Source: Tubiluchus corallicola (lineage: Eukaryota; Animalia; Priapulida). Taken from it: a stretch of DNA of 64,000 nt. The position numbers were made by a program, and so were the translations under genes. The DNA lies in assembly GCA_030141605.1 (NCBI GenBank), contig JAQGDQ010000076.1:124001-188000 (forward strand). Reading direction: 5' to 3'. Of the stretch, positions 1-15,000 are shown one piece after another; position 1 is the stretch's first letter; every line of letters starts with the position of its first letter. The notes under the pieces were generated by a model that was not told the DNA's origin, ran no database searches, and saw only the letters and a program-made list of their open reading frames with translations.

Positions 1-3000
1 TCACGACTTTGAGCAAGTCTTTTTCTCTTGGATAAATCGAGCGGTCCTTTATGAAGACATCTAAAGCTGTTTTTGCAGCTTTTCCACGCCTGTTATTGCC
101 AGGAACAAGTTTCACTTTAAATCTAAAATGCAAAATATACCAAAATATAGTGTTTGTATGATTGTCCGTTTGTCTGTTTGTTGAAAGCTAATCTAAAAAT
201 GGCAAAGACAGACTTCAAGAAATTTGACGTAAATATTCAAATGCTTAGAGCATCTCTACCAGATAACAGTCTTTAAATAAGTCAAAAATGTCAAATAAGA
301 TGGATTTTGAACAAGCCTGTTATCTGACAAGTGTTGTATGTCTGACTACCTTAGTAAATCAATAAAGTATTTGACAGTTAAATTCGGCAAAAATACATTG
401 ATGTTCAGCTTAAACAAGTTCGACATCTCTAGCAATTTACGAGCACAGATATATTGGCGTAAATCAATAAAAGGCAAAGATCACTTGATAGTCTTATGAT
501 AACAAAGGTATATTTCCAGAAAAGCAGTTCGGTTTTGTTTTATTCTGCTAGACATATATTTTAAAGTGATGCCTGTAAAAATTTTTCTTCAACAATTTTA
601 AATATACAACTTTTGAAACATATTACGCTTACGAACTGTTTTTCCTATAGTCTTATATTGTGTAATTATGGTAATGCTCATAAATTAATGTCAAGTATAT
701 TTCAGTGTTTGTTAACCAAGCCTTTGGAATTTTACTTTTATTGATTGTTGACCCCACGAGTACTGGTTCTGCTTTAGACTGCATATCAAAGAGACAGATA
801 CCAAAAGCACTACAGATTCGATGGATAAAAGATATTTTGTTTAATGTTTTGTAACATTTGCACAAATTTTATTAGATTTACTTGTAATTAGCCATGGCTG
901 AGTATGGAGCACAAACTGGTATTGCAAACATCAACAAATCTTCTTCTAGTGGACAGCCAGTAAGCAAAGCGAAAATATCTGCATCCTAAGAATAAAGAAT
1001 ATGGAACAAAAAATTTATCATTTACCACACAATCACCTCAAAATTGGGTTTACACACTTAAAACTAATAAACTGAGGGCCGTTTAGTAATGTAATTATTT
1101 CTGAGAATGTGATTGAACACTATGAATACTAATTTCAATGAACAGTGATAAGCTGCTCTTTCTAAAAAAAAAGCTGCTGGTCTGTCAAACATATTTAAAT
1201 TTTTCCTTGTTATCTGGATAATCTATCATTAATCTTGTTAGCTATCACTAAAATATCTCCATTATGAAGGGAATTAACAAAAAAGTAAATCTTTAGGTCT
1301 ATTATTCCATTAATTAGAAGAACAAAGAAGATATTGTACCTTTCATAAGCACTTTAAATGAGTATAACATGTATAAAGAAAAATACAAATGAAATACAAA
1401 CATCAGAAATGTTGACTTGCTCAAGGTCATCCGCAACATCGTCCTCTTGCCTCACATTCGTTACTTGCTCCGGGTTGACTGTGACATCTTCACCTTCTTC
1501 TACATGTATAATCCCAGAGAACGGTGCCAGCTTATTTGCTTGATTTTTAGGTTTCTGGCCCACTGTCTGCTTAGTGGCAGGCCCTTCTTTGCTTCCCTTT
1601 TTTCCCTTTTTCTTTGACTCCTTCGTAATGCCTTCAGACTAGTTAAAAGTAGGGAAAATGGTAAAATTGCCTTTTTGTATATAGCATGTATATCAAAATA
1701 TCTTTACTTGCATAACTGCACAATTCCAGCTGTGATGAACTTTCTGCAAATTTAAGAGATTTAAGACAAAAGGGTTTACAGAACAAAGGCAAATGAGACA
1801 TACAATCAGTTTTTCTATGGACTCAGCTGCAAGTAAGGTTTAAATGCAACTGCAGAAAGTAACCAGCAGCCTTATTTAATAATTAATTCCTAAAATGGGA
1901 AGAACTGATGATGATGGCATCTTTTATTCAATAGATAAAAGCTATCTTTAAATAAAACATTTTGCATGCCGAGACTGCCCTTTCTTTGGTACAAGTTCCA
2001 CACACAAAATAAGAAAAAAGGACACTCTAGAAGAGCTTGTTGCACTTACTGTGTCATTGTACATACATAAATTAAATTCCTCATTCTTACTTAAGTATTA
2101 CTCTGCATTACTGCACATTTGGAGGTAAAAATTCTAACTTAAATTGAAAACAATCTAATGTGAGAAACAGAATAGGGTGAGAGTCGCGCACATCGATGCC
2201 AGATTGAGAAAACAAAGACACAACAGCAATTAAGTTAACCATAGTCAAGTGACAAAAAAATTTTGTTAGTACATACAGCTAAAATTTCCATTCGTATTTT
2301 CCTCTCATCTTCGTCTTGGTCCTTGTATTTCTCCTTGATCTTCTTCTGTTTCGATTTTTGACCTCGCTTGGGATGGGTCACTTGTGCCATAGGAATTTCA
2401 CTCTTTCCAGATGCCTGCAATATGGACATATCTAGTGAGCAAAGATTTATCACAGTGCAATATTAAATGGTTCATTATGTCAAACATAGAGTAAATGACA
2501 AGCAAATGAGAACCAAATCGAAAAGGATCAGCAATATACAAGTTCTGAACTCAGGACTTTTGGTACAATCTGCAATCTACTTCAAAATTTTACAAAATCT
2601 ATTATAAATTAGCACTGTCATCTATAATATTTCCAGAAACATAACAACAATTCTAAATGTAGCTACCAGGTTCTCAACATGTTCCACAGACTGTTTATCT
2701 GTGTCAGTGCCATGTTTCTTCTTCTTTTTCAACTCTCTTCGCTGCTTGGCAGACAAGTGCTTTTTTGTGCTAGATTCGCTAGTTGTTGGTGACCGTGTCT
2801 CGTGCTCTTCAGAGGCGGCAGTACTGTTGCTGACTGAACGATGCAGCTGAAAGCTAGTGTAAAATATTTTCCTCATTAAACAAAATACCAGGCTTCGCCC
2901 TTCAATGATAAAAGCATCGTCATTGAGTAATTCAAATTTAAAGTACAGGAATTTGGATCAATATTAAAGTTATGAAAGTAATAACACAAAAATTATTAAT

Positions 3001-6000
3001 TTACGGCACTTTTGCATTGATTTCTATTAGAGTTGGCCCAAAAGTCTGTTACAAATTTCCATTTCAACATAGGCTATACAAGATTTCAATGAAACTACTC
3101 AGTGTGAAATTTCAAAATTACTGACTTACATTTAAAACTTTTTCTTTATGTTTATACAAAAAAATCAAGGTAAAATAAAAAAACCAGTATATAACAACTA
3201 ATATGACATTACATGCATATGTTATATGATTGTGGGATACCAAGGATTTAAAAATTCGTATCAGCTTTTGCTGATCCTGGAGTGTGGTAATAACAGTATA
3301 AGTACAGTAATAATAATTGCTAAATAAAAAAGTAGTTAAAAAGCTTCAGAACAAGCCTACGTCATTTGTTGAGCTTAAATGCGATTTTAAAAAAAAAGGT
3401 TGTGCTAGTTGTCGTTGTTACTGTTGTTCTTGCTGCTGCTTTTGTTATTACTGTTAGTGTTACTATTAGTATTAGTTACTGTAGTTGATATTTCTTAAAA
3501 CCAAGGTGAATGTAGTAAAAAGAACTTACATGTCACCCTTAACATGCTGCAGTTCGATCACTGTGTCAGGAAAGAGGCTTTGTTCCTCATCATCTGATGT
3601 CTTCTCAAAACCATCCTTTTCTACATCCCCTTCATCACATCCTGCAAAATCTTCAAGCATTTTTGTCCCACCATCATCATTACCATCATTATCTTCTTCG
3701 TCGTCATCAGATAATTCTTCCTTTGTTTCGAACTTTTCTTTTTCTTCCAGGTGAGTACCATTTGATTGGCCAGTGGCAAAATCACTACTCATTCCAGTTG
3801 TCAATTGATCAGACATCAATTGATCTTGTTCTGAATTCTCAATTTCGTTCTCACTGATTTTACCATTAACATCATCAGCATCATCATCATCATCTTCTTC
3901 GATTTGGATTTGTTCATCCTCGCAAACACTGTTGCTTTCCTAAACAAAATTCACTATCTTTTATACACCTTGATTCAAATACAAGAACTCCAGTATTCAA
4001 CACTAAGACCTACTCAATGTAGATGGGATGCGAGGCTGAAACCTGGGTCATAATCAAGGCTAAGCTTCTGAAATGAGCCACTGAACCAGCAGATGTGATG
4101 ACTTAGCTATGCTCTGATGTGAATGCAACCTCTCGGTATGAGGTTAGCAGCCAAAATTAGTATAATGAATTAAACTGCTCAGAGCGAGTATTCAGCCTAG
4201 CAACTCACCCATCCATTTACTAACCACGCCTAGGGCTATTCTATACTTCAGTTGCCAAATACGCACCATGATCAATTGAGTATTTATTCACACCTTATGA
4301 GAAAAACCTCGACTATGTACATGACACGTACTCAAAATATGCAATTTATATGTAACTAATTTAGCAGCTCATTAAGGTTCTATATATTAAAAATTGTTTT
4401 TCATAACAGTATACAAACTGTACAAAAACAACATTATTTCTTCAAAAAACAGTTTATTGTGCAGGCTGCTTCATCGTCAGTCAACTATAGTAGCCTTTAT
4501 GCTTAAATTAAGGACAAAACAGAGCTAGCAGTCAAACATTAGAAGAACCGACAAAAGCAGTGGTGGCTCGAAGCTAAAATTAGTGGGGGTGCTGCTCTAG
4601 AAAATGATCAGCCATTGTTTTTCACATTCAAGCATATGGTACACGGTTTTTAAGCACTTGCACGTACACTGCCTTACACTTGCACAGTAGGATCAGCACT
4701 GCCTGAATGACAGGGCTCTCTCTACATAGCGTGCAGGTTCTTATTTCTGACATGTGTGCATGGCCGCATGCTCACAACAGCCAAACACCGAGTTGCTGGA
4801 ACTGGGAAGCACATAGTTCCATACAAGGAGTTATATCATTTTTTCATGAACAAAGGGATGGCTACTGGCATAAAAACTTAAGGATTATTTAACGTACAAG
4901 TATAAAGAAAGAATTAAAGAAAAGAAGACTCATTATATTGAAAATGGGTTGCTGCAGTTCCGTAGTGCCTACACACAAGCCGCCACTGGTCAAAAGGGTA
5001 ATGAAAAAGTAATTTAAAAGACTACACCTTACCCTGTACCACGTAATCATTATTAATGTTAAAAGCGAAAGGTAATGAGATGAAATTAATTTCAATAATG
5101 CTATGTTTTTTATGTAAAAATCATTCTACAGTCTATCACTTGGAGCCCTAAACTCATTTGCACCTTATAAAGTGGAAATAAATCCTGATATACCGTAAAC
5201 ATTTAACAAAATACTACAACAGTGATACCTCCGTCGACGCAAGAAACTCGTCATCATCAATGTCACGAATGGACCGTTCTCCTTTATGATTTTGAACACT
5301 GCTCTCATCCAGCTGTGCAAAAAAGTAAAACAGCTGATGAAAATAAATAATTCAGTTGCTAAATTAACCAATTATTTAAAACAAATTTAATACAGCCAGT
5401 CTAATTTTCTAATTTGTGTTTTAGCAAGTGAATTTGTTAAATTCGATTGAGCAAACTAAACATAGTGTGTCATAATTCCAAAGTTTAAATGCTTAACTCT
5501 GATAATCATCTCATAAGTATTGTGATTTTTAAAACGGTATACACAAGGTATATGAAAGTCACAAAAAATCAGAAGGGTGCTTTGAAATTATGCCTAAACT
5601 ACACATGTACTAAGCCACACACAGGAACACATTAATTATACACTTCAAAAGAGAAAAACCATTAACCACTGCAGATTATCACCATTTCATCACTAATAAC
5701 ATTGCCTACATGAGCTCTTTGGAAAGAAGGGGTGGGAGAAAAACGTTTTTTCAAAGTTAAAACTATAAAAAATACATCTACAATCCTCTACATTCTAGTA
5801 AGATTTAAAGAAGCGCTCCATAAAAGTTTATTTACATTACTTCTTCACTTTGTGACTGAGTAACATAGTAAGTTTCCATTCACCCATGTCATGCATTTTT
5901 CTGCTTACCTTAAACATGAAGCCAAAACCCATAACTAAGTATGAAGGTGGCAAGTAGTTTTTCTTTCCTCTTACCATGAAGCTGCCAGTTGTCAGGTATT

Positions 6001-9000
6001 CACCAGTGGGTGCGGTTTTTGACACCTAAATCACAGATCAGGTAAAAATGCCTCAATCAACCATTAACAAGCACATTAATCAAACTGTGCGTTCTTAAAA
6101 CATTTATTTCCATCTAAAAACAAAAATAACCTCAAAAATAAATTGTAACTTAACAAACCTCATTGTGAGACTTGCATTAAAGGGGGAATATCATGAAAAT
6201 CAAGTTACAGTTATTTTATAGTTGCCTTCCCCGTGAACAACTTGGCGAAATTTTTTTAGAAGTACGTTGTCTAATTAATCCGTTATTAACTTTTTTGTAT
6301 CTTGCGGGAAATGCCATGGAGCTGCACTTACGCCTCTCCCGGTGAAAAAATTGAACTAGCGCAGCTCTGCTGACACAGCAGAGTGTACTCGCAGCTTGTT
6401 GTGATACTGTCGTACACAACTGGGCTGAAAATAAAGCTGTTATTACTACATTACAGCATTTTTGATTTTAGCTTGGATAGGTAGTCAGCTGATTCGTTGA
6501 GCATATTCACATGTTTTCATCAAATTCTGCAAAAGCGATATATTTTACTACTGTCGAGAGTTATAGGTCCATTATAGTGTATTCTAATAGATGTGTAAAC
6601 AATCATTGCGCAAAAGTAGACTGCCTACAGCATATTGGGAAAATTAATGTGGCATTAATTGAAAACATCATCAGCAATACAAGCTGCAAAAGTGTGGGCC
6701 TTGGTAACAACAGTTCTTTTCTTGTAAAACAAGCCCGATAAAGTAACTTCATTCTGCTAGAAGAATTAATGAATTTGTAAACACAGAGAAACTAACTAAA
6801 GCATAATTATAATGGTAGTGTGGCAATTTTTAGTGACAGCTTCATTTTATCAGCCTTGACAAAAACCCCATGAACGCAGAGATTATAACATATTAGCTAC
6901 ATTAATACTTTCTAACTGTCATTTTCTACTAATATCTAATGTATCCCTGTAGTAAAACTTGTCAGTTTGTGTAGTTATAGTCTATTCTTACTGTAAATGT
7001 TCTTGTAAATAGTGTATAAAGTCTGTTGAGGTGAGGATCCTAAATCATGTTGTACAAACTGTCTGATCCAATCCTAAATAAATTATGTTTAAACTAACAT
7101 ATTAGCTGCAGATTACTGATTGAACGTATATGAACGTTTTTAACTTTGTCGTGTTTCAGTCAGTTAAATCAGTAAGACTTTTAATATCAACCAGAACTTT
7201 AACTGTTGTTCATTAGCTTTTGTTTTTACATGATAACGACATGTTGTGTTTATTTTTGTGGTCAGCTGGACTGAAATAAAAATTAATGATAATAGTACAT
7301 TTTTACAAAAGTACATTTATACCCACTTTTACAAAATAAAAAACTGACGATATAATGTGGTTTGATGACAAAATAATTATTTATTGTGTTATGTCAAACA
7401 AGGTTTTTCTGATACTCATTCTATTACAAAGTTGAAAAAAGTATAATATGTTGTACAAAATAATCTAGTACAACGCTCTTTGTGCTACACCAATTACCAA
7501 ATATGCTGAAGTCATTGTTTATGGTGTAAGGATTAACAAGTTTTTGTTGCCAATTTACGATTTACAATGTTTTTTTCTTTAGTTAATATTCAAAATTCAG
7601 GAAGTATCATAAATAAAATTTTAGCGCAAAAAACTGCATTACGTAATGTATTTGTGAAATTTTTATTGAGATGGATACAAATCTCGAGATGACCAAACTG
7701 CATCGATAAACTATGCACATGGCCTTAAAATGAAAGAAATAAAAAAAAAACACTACCAAAAACTGCATCTGACTAAATCAGTCTGAAGTGTAAGCACAAT
7801 ATTTTTAACACTAGAGTTCATCATGTTCCTGAACTCATGTTTCACAGCAAACAGCCAAGAAATTATCACACAGTTTGTAGGCGTGAATCCAGCTTTTTTA
7901 GATTGTGCTTTCATTGCTTCAATAATTTTCTGTTGCTCATTGGAAACTAAAAGTTTTTATATTTTGGCTTCGTATTCCGACACTTTCCGTCTGACTGCTG
8001 CATCCCGCCTAATTGCTGAATCCTGGTATAACACATTCCACGGCTGTTTTTCAATAAGAACAATCACGATGACCGAAACTGAGCAAATCCCGCATTCAAT
8101 CCACAATAAGCTGATCTTTACAGTGATACCGTCACTAGGTATAAACTGCGTAAAAGTACTGTATGCTGACTCTGCTTGTCGATGTAAACAAATACTCAAA
8201 CGGTGCTGTGCGTACTCGTTCTCCCCTTGGGCATTTTGCCAAGTTTCATCTGTAATACGGCAATTTTCGCAACCAGAGACATGGGTGCAGGTCCATGCTC
8301 AATGGCGGCCTAGTCAAATGTTCATTTTGTGTACAATTTTATCTGAACTTTTGTCAAGGATTCTTAAACGTGAAATTTTCATGAAGAATGAAAATCTACG
8401 TATTTGTATTCGCAATATAATCGCGAGTTATTCAAGCTCAACTTATTTTGGTGATATTCCCCCTTTAATGTATTGCTACACAATTCTCAATGGGGGGAGG
8501 GGGTTGTTGAATAGTATTATCTCCGTGTGATACATGAGGGCTCAGTCAGCTCACATTATTTTTATACAATTAAGAGTCCTACACAAGCAGGAATTCTGTA
8601 ACAAATAGATGATTGCAGGACCTGACTCTTATCAAGGCTGCATCACTTAACTGGCAGAGGTGTTTCAGCTGCATTCGGATGTTTATAAGATTGTACAATT
8701 CTCTCTGTGCAAAGCAAACAGCCCAAATCAGCTAGGTGAACAAAGCTTCCGAAAAGCGAAAATCGAGGTGGTTAACCCATCCAATCACTAGCCAGCTTTG
8801 ACGCCATCTTAACCCTTTCACTACGTTGTTGCTTTTTAACTGGGCCACACTAAGTTTTGTGGTGTGTTACTAAAACAGAATCTTGTAATTTAAAAAATAG
8901 TTGTTTGTTATTAAATACTAATAATAAATATTAGTTTTATTTGTACATATGCACACACATACGAGCACGCATACATGCACTTCAGACACTGATTGGCTAG

Positions 9001-12000
9001 TTAGCATTACTTGTCCCACTTTAACCTTCGTGTTAAACTTTTCTACGATGTTTTGTGCAGCCAGAGTGGTGAAATAAACACTGGATGACTGCGCTTAGTG
9101 CTGAGCTTAGGCGGCAGTCCACCGCCTACTGTCACTTGCATGAAAAACATAGGCGGCAGTGTGCCGCCTTCCTTAGTGAAAGGGTTAATTTCGGTAGCCA
9201 AGGCGGAGGTGCTATCACTCGACCATGCACTTCATCGCATTATGAAATCAGTGTTTAAATATTACACTGTTTTGCTGCTTAACTCGTGTTATCTCCATCT
9301 GCAAACATACTTAGCAAAACATCTATGGCAAAGTGATAAAGGAGCTTCACTTTGCCTCACAATTTGCAAAAATCTACGAGGTAAGAGAACCTTTCTTAAC
9401 TTCAACAACACTGTATGGTGAATACAAACTATGAGTAGCAATATAAAATGCATTTCAATTGTATACAACATGCTTCATGACATAGAAAATCAAATTCTGT
9501 AAGTAGTGAGCATTTCATGTATTTCTGATAAAATGCTGCAAGTGCTTAAGAACCTTGAATTCAACATTGATCACTGCATCCTTTTTTCAATCACCTCTCT
9601 CAAAGAGCTGGCCTTGCAAGTATGAGTGCAAAAAGCTCAAAACCTCCGCATTACTTACTGAAGACATGTGGGATAATCTGCCCTTTTGGGCATGCTCTAA
9701 TGCACAAATATTTTAAGGTCATAGTTCTGGCAATTTTTCAAAATTAAAAAGTTGTGTATTAACTTTGTGAAAAGATCTCTCAAGCTGTACAAGAAGTTTT
9801 CGTACATTATTTATCAGGTTTATTCTTTAAAATTTTCCTTAAAAATTCACTTAGAACTACATATTTCTTATTTCGTGCAGCTCATATGAAATATTCAAGT
9901 TTTTATGAGGAAAATAAACTGTTAGTGGGGTATCAACTGTAAATTTATCATATAGCAGCTCTAAATTCACTCTAAACCTAAACACTGTAATGTTAACATT
10001 CACATCATGACGTACCTGATCATGGTACACCCACCAAGCACTAGTAATGACCTTTGCATCCCAGGCTTGGCTGTAGCAAATAGCCATCGTACCTGCCTCA
10101 TTCATAGTTTTAGGAGGTATTGGCTTCCCTAAATAGAAAAAAGAATGAATCATATTTTCCTACAGCAGGATTCGGTTAATAGCTTTACAAACTGAGATAA
10201 ATTATTTTTATACACAGTACCGGTACAACAAGACATAATTGCCACAAACAAAACCAATGGCTATCCAAACAAGAAACTACACTTTGAAAATGTGAATATA
10301 GATACAGAAAAATAAATTAACAGATTAGTGAGAGGATGTCAGCAAGGCAGCTAGAAGAGAAAGCAGTACTGTACATCAATAAGAGGCTTATTATTATCCT
10401 ACAAAAATAAAATTCATTATGCCCATTTATTGTGACTTCAAGGACCCTATGGATACTTGGTAGCTCGTACATAGGGCAAAGCCTGGATACATTTAAGGCA
10501 AAAAGAGAAGAATTCTGTCATGTTCAAAAGCTTTTCTTAGACCCAGTATTGATATGATCCAAAAAAAAACACACAAAAGATCACAGCTTGGAAATCATTT
10601 TGGGGTTGAAAGTTGCTGGTGCTGAAATTCGCTATTTTTGACATTAGAATTCCTGCTAAAACTTAGACAGTTCATTTTTGATAAGTTGGAAGGAGCTCAC
10701 TGCCTGATAAATAACATGCCAGAAATTTCCTGAGCCAAGCAGTTGGGTCTAAATTAAACTGCATAACCAATTCTGTATATTTCAGCTAAGCAGTCTCCAG
10801 AATCTTTTCTTGCTTTTATTTCTAGCATGAGCAATGCAACTTTTCCACGCTGTCCATGCATATACCAAAGATTCAAAAAAAATTTCTACAAACAATAGCT
10901 ACAATACAGAAGGGAGTGAACCGAAGATGGAAGTTGAGCTAAAGCTAAAAGATACATGAAAGTCCTGCCTCATTTAACACATCCACAAACATTATCCAGG
11001 ACTTCCAAAGCACCAAAAAGGAAAACACAGTTTACACAAAAAAGGAATGAAACAAATCAGTCATGACTTAACATAAGTTGATAAAAAAGGCTGGGAAGTT
11101 TTGCAGGAAAAGCTATAGAGGACTGGAACTAAGACAGCCAATTATTACAAAATCTAATAATTTATCTTGGTAACACTAAAGCAATTACCTGTAGGGTTTT
11201 TGATGATTACACTAGAAGCACCATGCAAATCAGCATGAACATAAACATCACCCGGTCGCAAGTGTTTCTTCACAACTATTTCGTTTTGCTGCTGATCACG
11301 ACCACCTATAACTAGATAATTCTCTGAGGTCAGAAACCAGAAAAACTTCTCAAACCAATATGTCTTCCTCGTCTTGTTGATGCTAGTTGCTAATGCAACA
11401 TCCTTAAGCATCTGTTTCGTTTTTCTTGTAGCAGACCTAATAGCTTTTTCTGAAGACTCCATCGTTTTTTGTTCTTTCTTCATTGCCGAGCGTTTTTCAT
11501 CATAGTATCTACGAGCATTTGCATAAGCACCAAGACTGAGGTCAATATCAACCATTCGTTGCTTGGTTTGATCACTGGCATCACTACCACCCACTTCTGG
11601 CTCATTCACTGCAAACGGGTCCCTGAAAACACAAAAAATAACTGTGACTCACATTTCCTGACATTTTCTCAAACAGTTATAGCAAATTTTCCTTCCTTCA
11701 ACCAAACTTCAACTCTGCATAATTATTTACAGTTTTCTTCGATCAAGGAGAAATCTGAGACATCATTTATGAACTCAATTTCATAGCGTAAACTTTAAAA
11801 ATCAAGCCTATGTGACCTAATTCAACAATTTTTTTCAAATACAGAAATTTGCTCAATAAATTTTTGTTATTAAGGCAAAGCCAAGCTATACATATTCCAA
11901 TAATAACTCAGAGCAATATTACAGTCTGCTATTTCATGTATGTGCAGCTGACAGTTCTTTTAAAAGTAAATTCCACACCACTTAGATTCTATAAGCTCTT

Positions 12001-15000
12001 GCAGAAACATGCCCTAATGCCAATACATCAGCTGTAAATGCAAGTATGTCAAGCTTACCTACAAATTTATTAGAAGTTTATAAATGCTTAAACTGTAAAA
12101 CAGTGTTAACCATTTACTCTTTCTTTACATGTCAAGAAATGTTCTTACCTTAATATCATGGTGATATGGTTGACCTCTAGTTTTACTTTTTTGATAGCTT
12201 TGGCTACTGGATCACCTTGACTTTGAGCCTCCTGGATGATGTTGTTGATTTCAATCCAATCAATCTGATTTGCAATAGCACTCCGCACCACTTGTATGGC
12301 GTGTTCCACCTGCTCATAGCAAAAACTCCAAATGGATGGATGGATGCCAACATAAAAATGTCACCCACACAGAAATTTGGAATGAGATGTTCCATAATTA
12401 AATTATTTAATTGAATTAATAATAATTACTATTATTTAATTATTGCATTAATTGCCAACTTTATAAAAACAAGAAAGCTTTTCACTCCTGATACTAAAGT
12501 CATATTACTTCCACAAAACTGAACAAAAGTGACTTTCACACTTCTTATGAATCACTAGACATACCAACAAATATAGTGGACTATATAACTAAAACAACTG
12601 GAACCCAAAAATATGTCCAAAGCTCAGAAAATGCTAGCATATAAAAATAAGTTCTGTTGCGCACACGCAAAACAGTCCTTAGACAATCCGCAAAAATGAA
12701 TAACTTAGATTTGCTGTGCAGTTTAGAAACGTTCTGTAACCCATAACATCACACAACCCTAAGAACTGGATTTTCAAAACTGATCTGACAACATAGGCAG
12801 TTTGCTATAAAGCCAAGCACAATTTTACTGCAAAATAGGCAAACAGTAAATTCTCACCAAATCCTTGTTTACTTCTATTAAATAAGCTTTCACTTCATCT
12901 TCTTCTTGTGTCTTATGGAGTGTTTCTAGTCTCTTCAAATGATCATTTCTTACATTTTGCAATTTTTTCATGGCTGCTTTCTCCTGTTCCAAAGCTCTCA
13001 GGTCAAGCTTTTGGCTTTCTAGCTTGGAAAAGAATTCATCTACTGCTTTACTGAAAGACAAGAACTCTATGCTGGGCAGATTTTCATGCTGTCTGAAGAC
13101 AAATGGATGAAATTCACTGTATCTGCAAAATGACAAGCAACAGTGAGCAACTTTTTAACTAATCAATGACAATTAAAAAAAATCAACAGCAATTGCATCA
13201 CCTACGTTGTGCATATGTTAGTTTGCCAAATGTATCATGCTACAAAATCAAAGCTTTCCCTGATAATGGTACGAAGCAATACAATTTTTATTCAGCTAAC
13301 AACAATAACAACAAAATGCTTCAGGTTTTCCTTCTACAGTGACTTTTGTGAATATCTCCAGTTGCACATCTAAAATAAAAGTAGTATATTTCTCTAGTCT
13401 TTCAGGACTGGAAATCAATTGTTTCAACATGTCTTTTCTACAGATACTTTCATGGTAGATGTTCTGTCCCTGTTAGAGTAGTTTTGATGTTCAACCTATT
13501 TTACAGCAACAGCTCTTCCTTTTATACTATAGTCAGTTATAAGCGTAGAATAGTTTCTCATTATTGAAGTTTCTTCTTTCAGACATTGGCTCTCTAAAAC
13601 CATCTGTCAACAATTTATTTGCTCACTTCTTTTAGCCCCTCTCAATTTAACTATAACATAAAAAGATATCTTCTTATCACCAGTTCTTAAATTAAATGTT
13701 TTTCTTCTCTTTTCAGCTCTTTTAGCTATTTTAGCGTAAACTGGAATCACTTTGGTATTCCAGAAGGCCACTAATTTAAAAGAAGGACAGAAATGTATAA
13801 ATGTTAATGGTGACAATAAGAAAACATAATCGATAGTTCAAACATGGCATGCAAAAGGAAACTATTTTGTCCGCCTAGCAGAAAAGAAAAAGCTGCACGA
13901 TGATGACGTATTGTATATTATGACGCATACATATTTCTTTGGTAATTTAACTAAGCTATTATAACCTACTTAATGTAAGATAAACATTAAAAGCATTGGG
14001 CTTTTCTATCAACTTTAGAGTTTAGACATTTTTCGACGATACACAAGAAATTGATACAGAATTGCACGAAAACACTAGGAACATACGTGAGTAATTCTTC
14101 CATATCACCATCAGATTTGGTCTTTTTATCCTTTTTCTGGATAATGTATCCCTTACAAGGGCGAGAAATAGCTGTTGCTAATATGCCTTCAGCTTCATGA
14201 AGTGCTTCCAGTACTCTTGGTGTATCTAATAAATAAAAATATTATGCAATAAAGATACTGAAGTACAGTATTATAAAATTATGGTATAATTTCTTACGCT
14301 GACAAACTCAGCGTCAACGGTATGCTTGCATAGCAAAATCGTCCATAAGTCGGCAATTAACCTATTCTAGTTCTTCACATATCCTGAATGTCCATTTCAT
14401 GAGGATCATTTTGATACCAAGCTCATCGCTCATCGATCTGACGAAGATCTGGTCTTGTCAGTAGAAAAAACCCAAAGCAAAATGAATGCTTCCATGAGCT
14501 ACTATCGGAGTTTGAAAATACAAGTTATTTACAATTGCACTACTAGTCTCTAGTTAGAAAAGTGAGCATGGAGTTTTAAAATTATATTTTTAGAATTTTT
14601 TGGACATTTTCTTGACAATTTCATACTAGAATATAAAAGTCCAATATATTTACCGTTGGTTTTTCTAAAAAACAAAAAATTCACATTTGAACAAATTTTT
14701 GATGCATTCTTCTTTCAATCATTATAACGTAGTTTTAACTATGCCGACTTATGGACGGTTTTGGTTTGCAAGCACACAAATAGTTAATGAAGCGATAATT
14801 TTTTGTTTTTTTTGGTTCTGATACATGGCAGTTAAATTAGTGAAAAAAACCAGTTAGCATTTATAAGCTTCATTCTGAAATGTACAAAATGTCAATAAAA
14901 AGTTTTATGCAAGTGCTAAAACATTAGATATTTTGTAATAACAATTTTTAAAATAATCTACTAAGTTTCCAGCAAAAAATTTTAAATTATAATTTTCAAA

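Noticed and set aside
1402-1425. Non-canonical GC donor (GA|gcaagt) for NEMF exon 17
   Set aside because: It gives the wrong phase for the next exon; a phase-0 GT donor after 1402 fits.
4195-4270. True 5S rRNA gene
   Set aside because: Only a diverged internal segment is present, without the 5S 5' and 3' ends. It is better explained as a SINE.
7823-8530. 235-aa plus-strand ORF, considered as a Kolobok second protein or a nested gene
   Set aside because: It has no recognisable motif, lies antisense over the THAP relic and runs past the element's TIR at 8464. Most likely a chance open frame.
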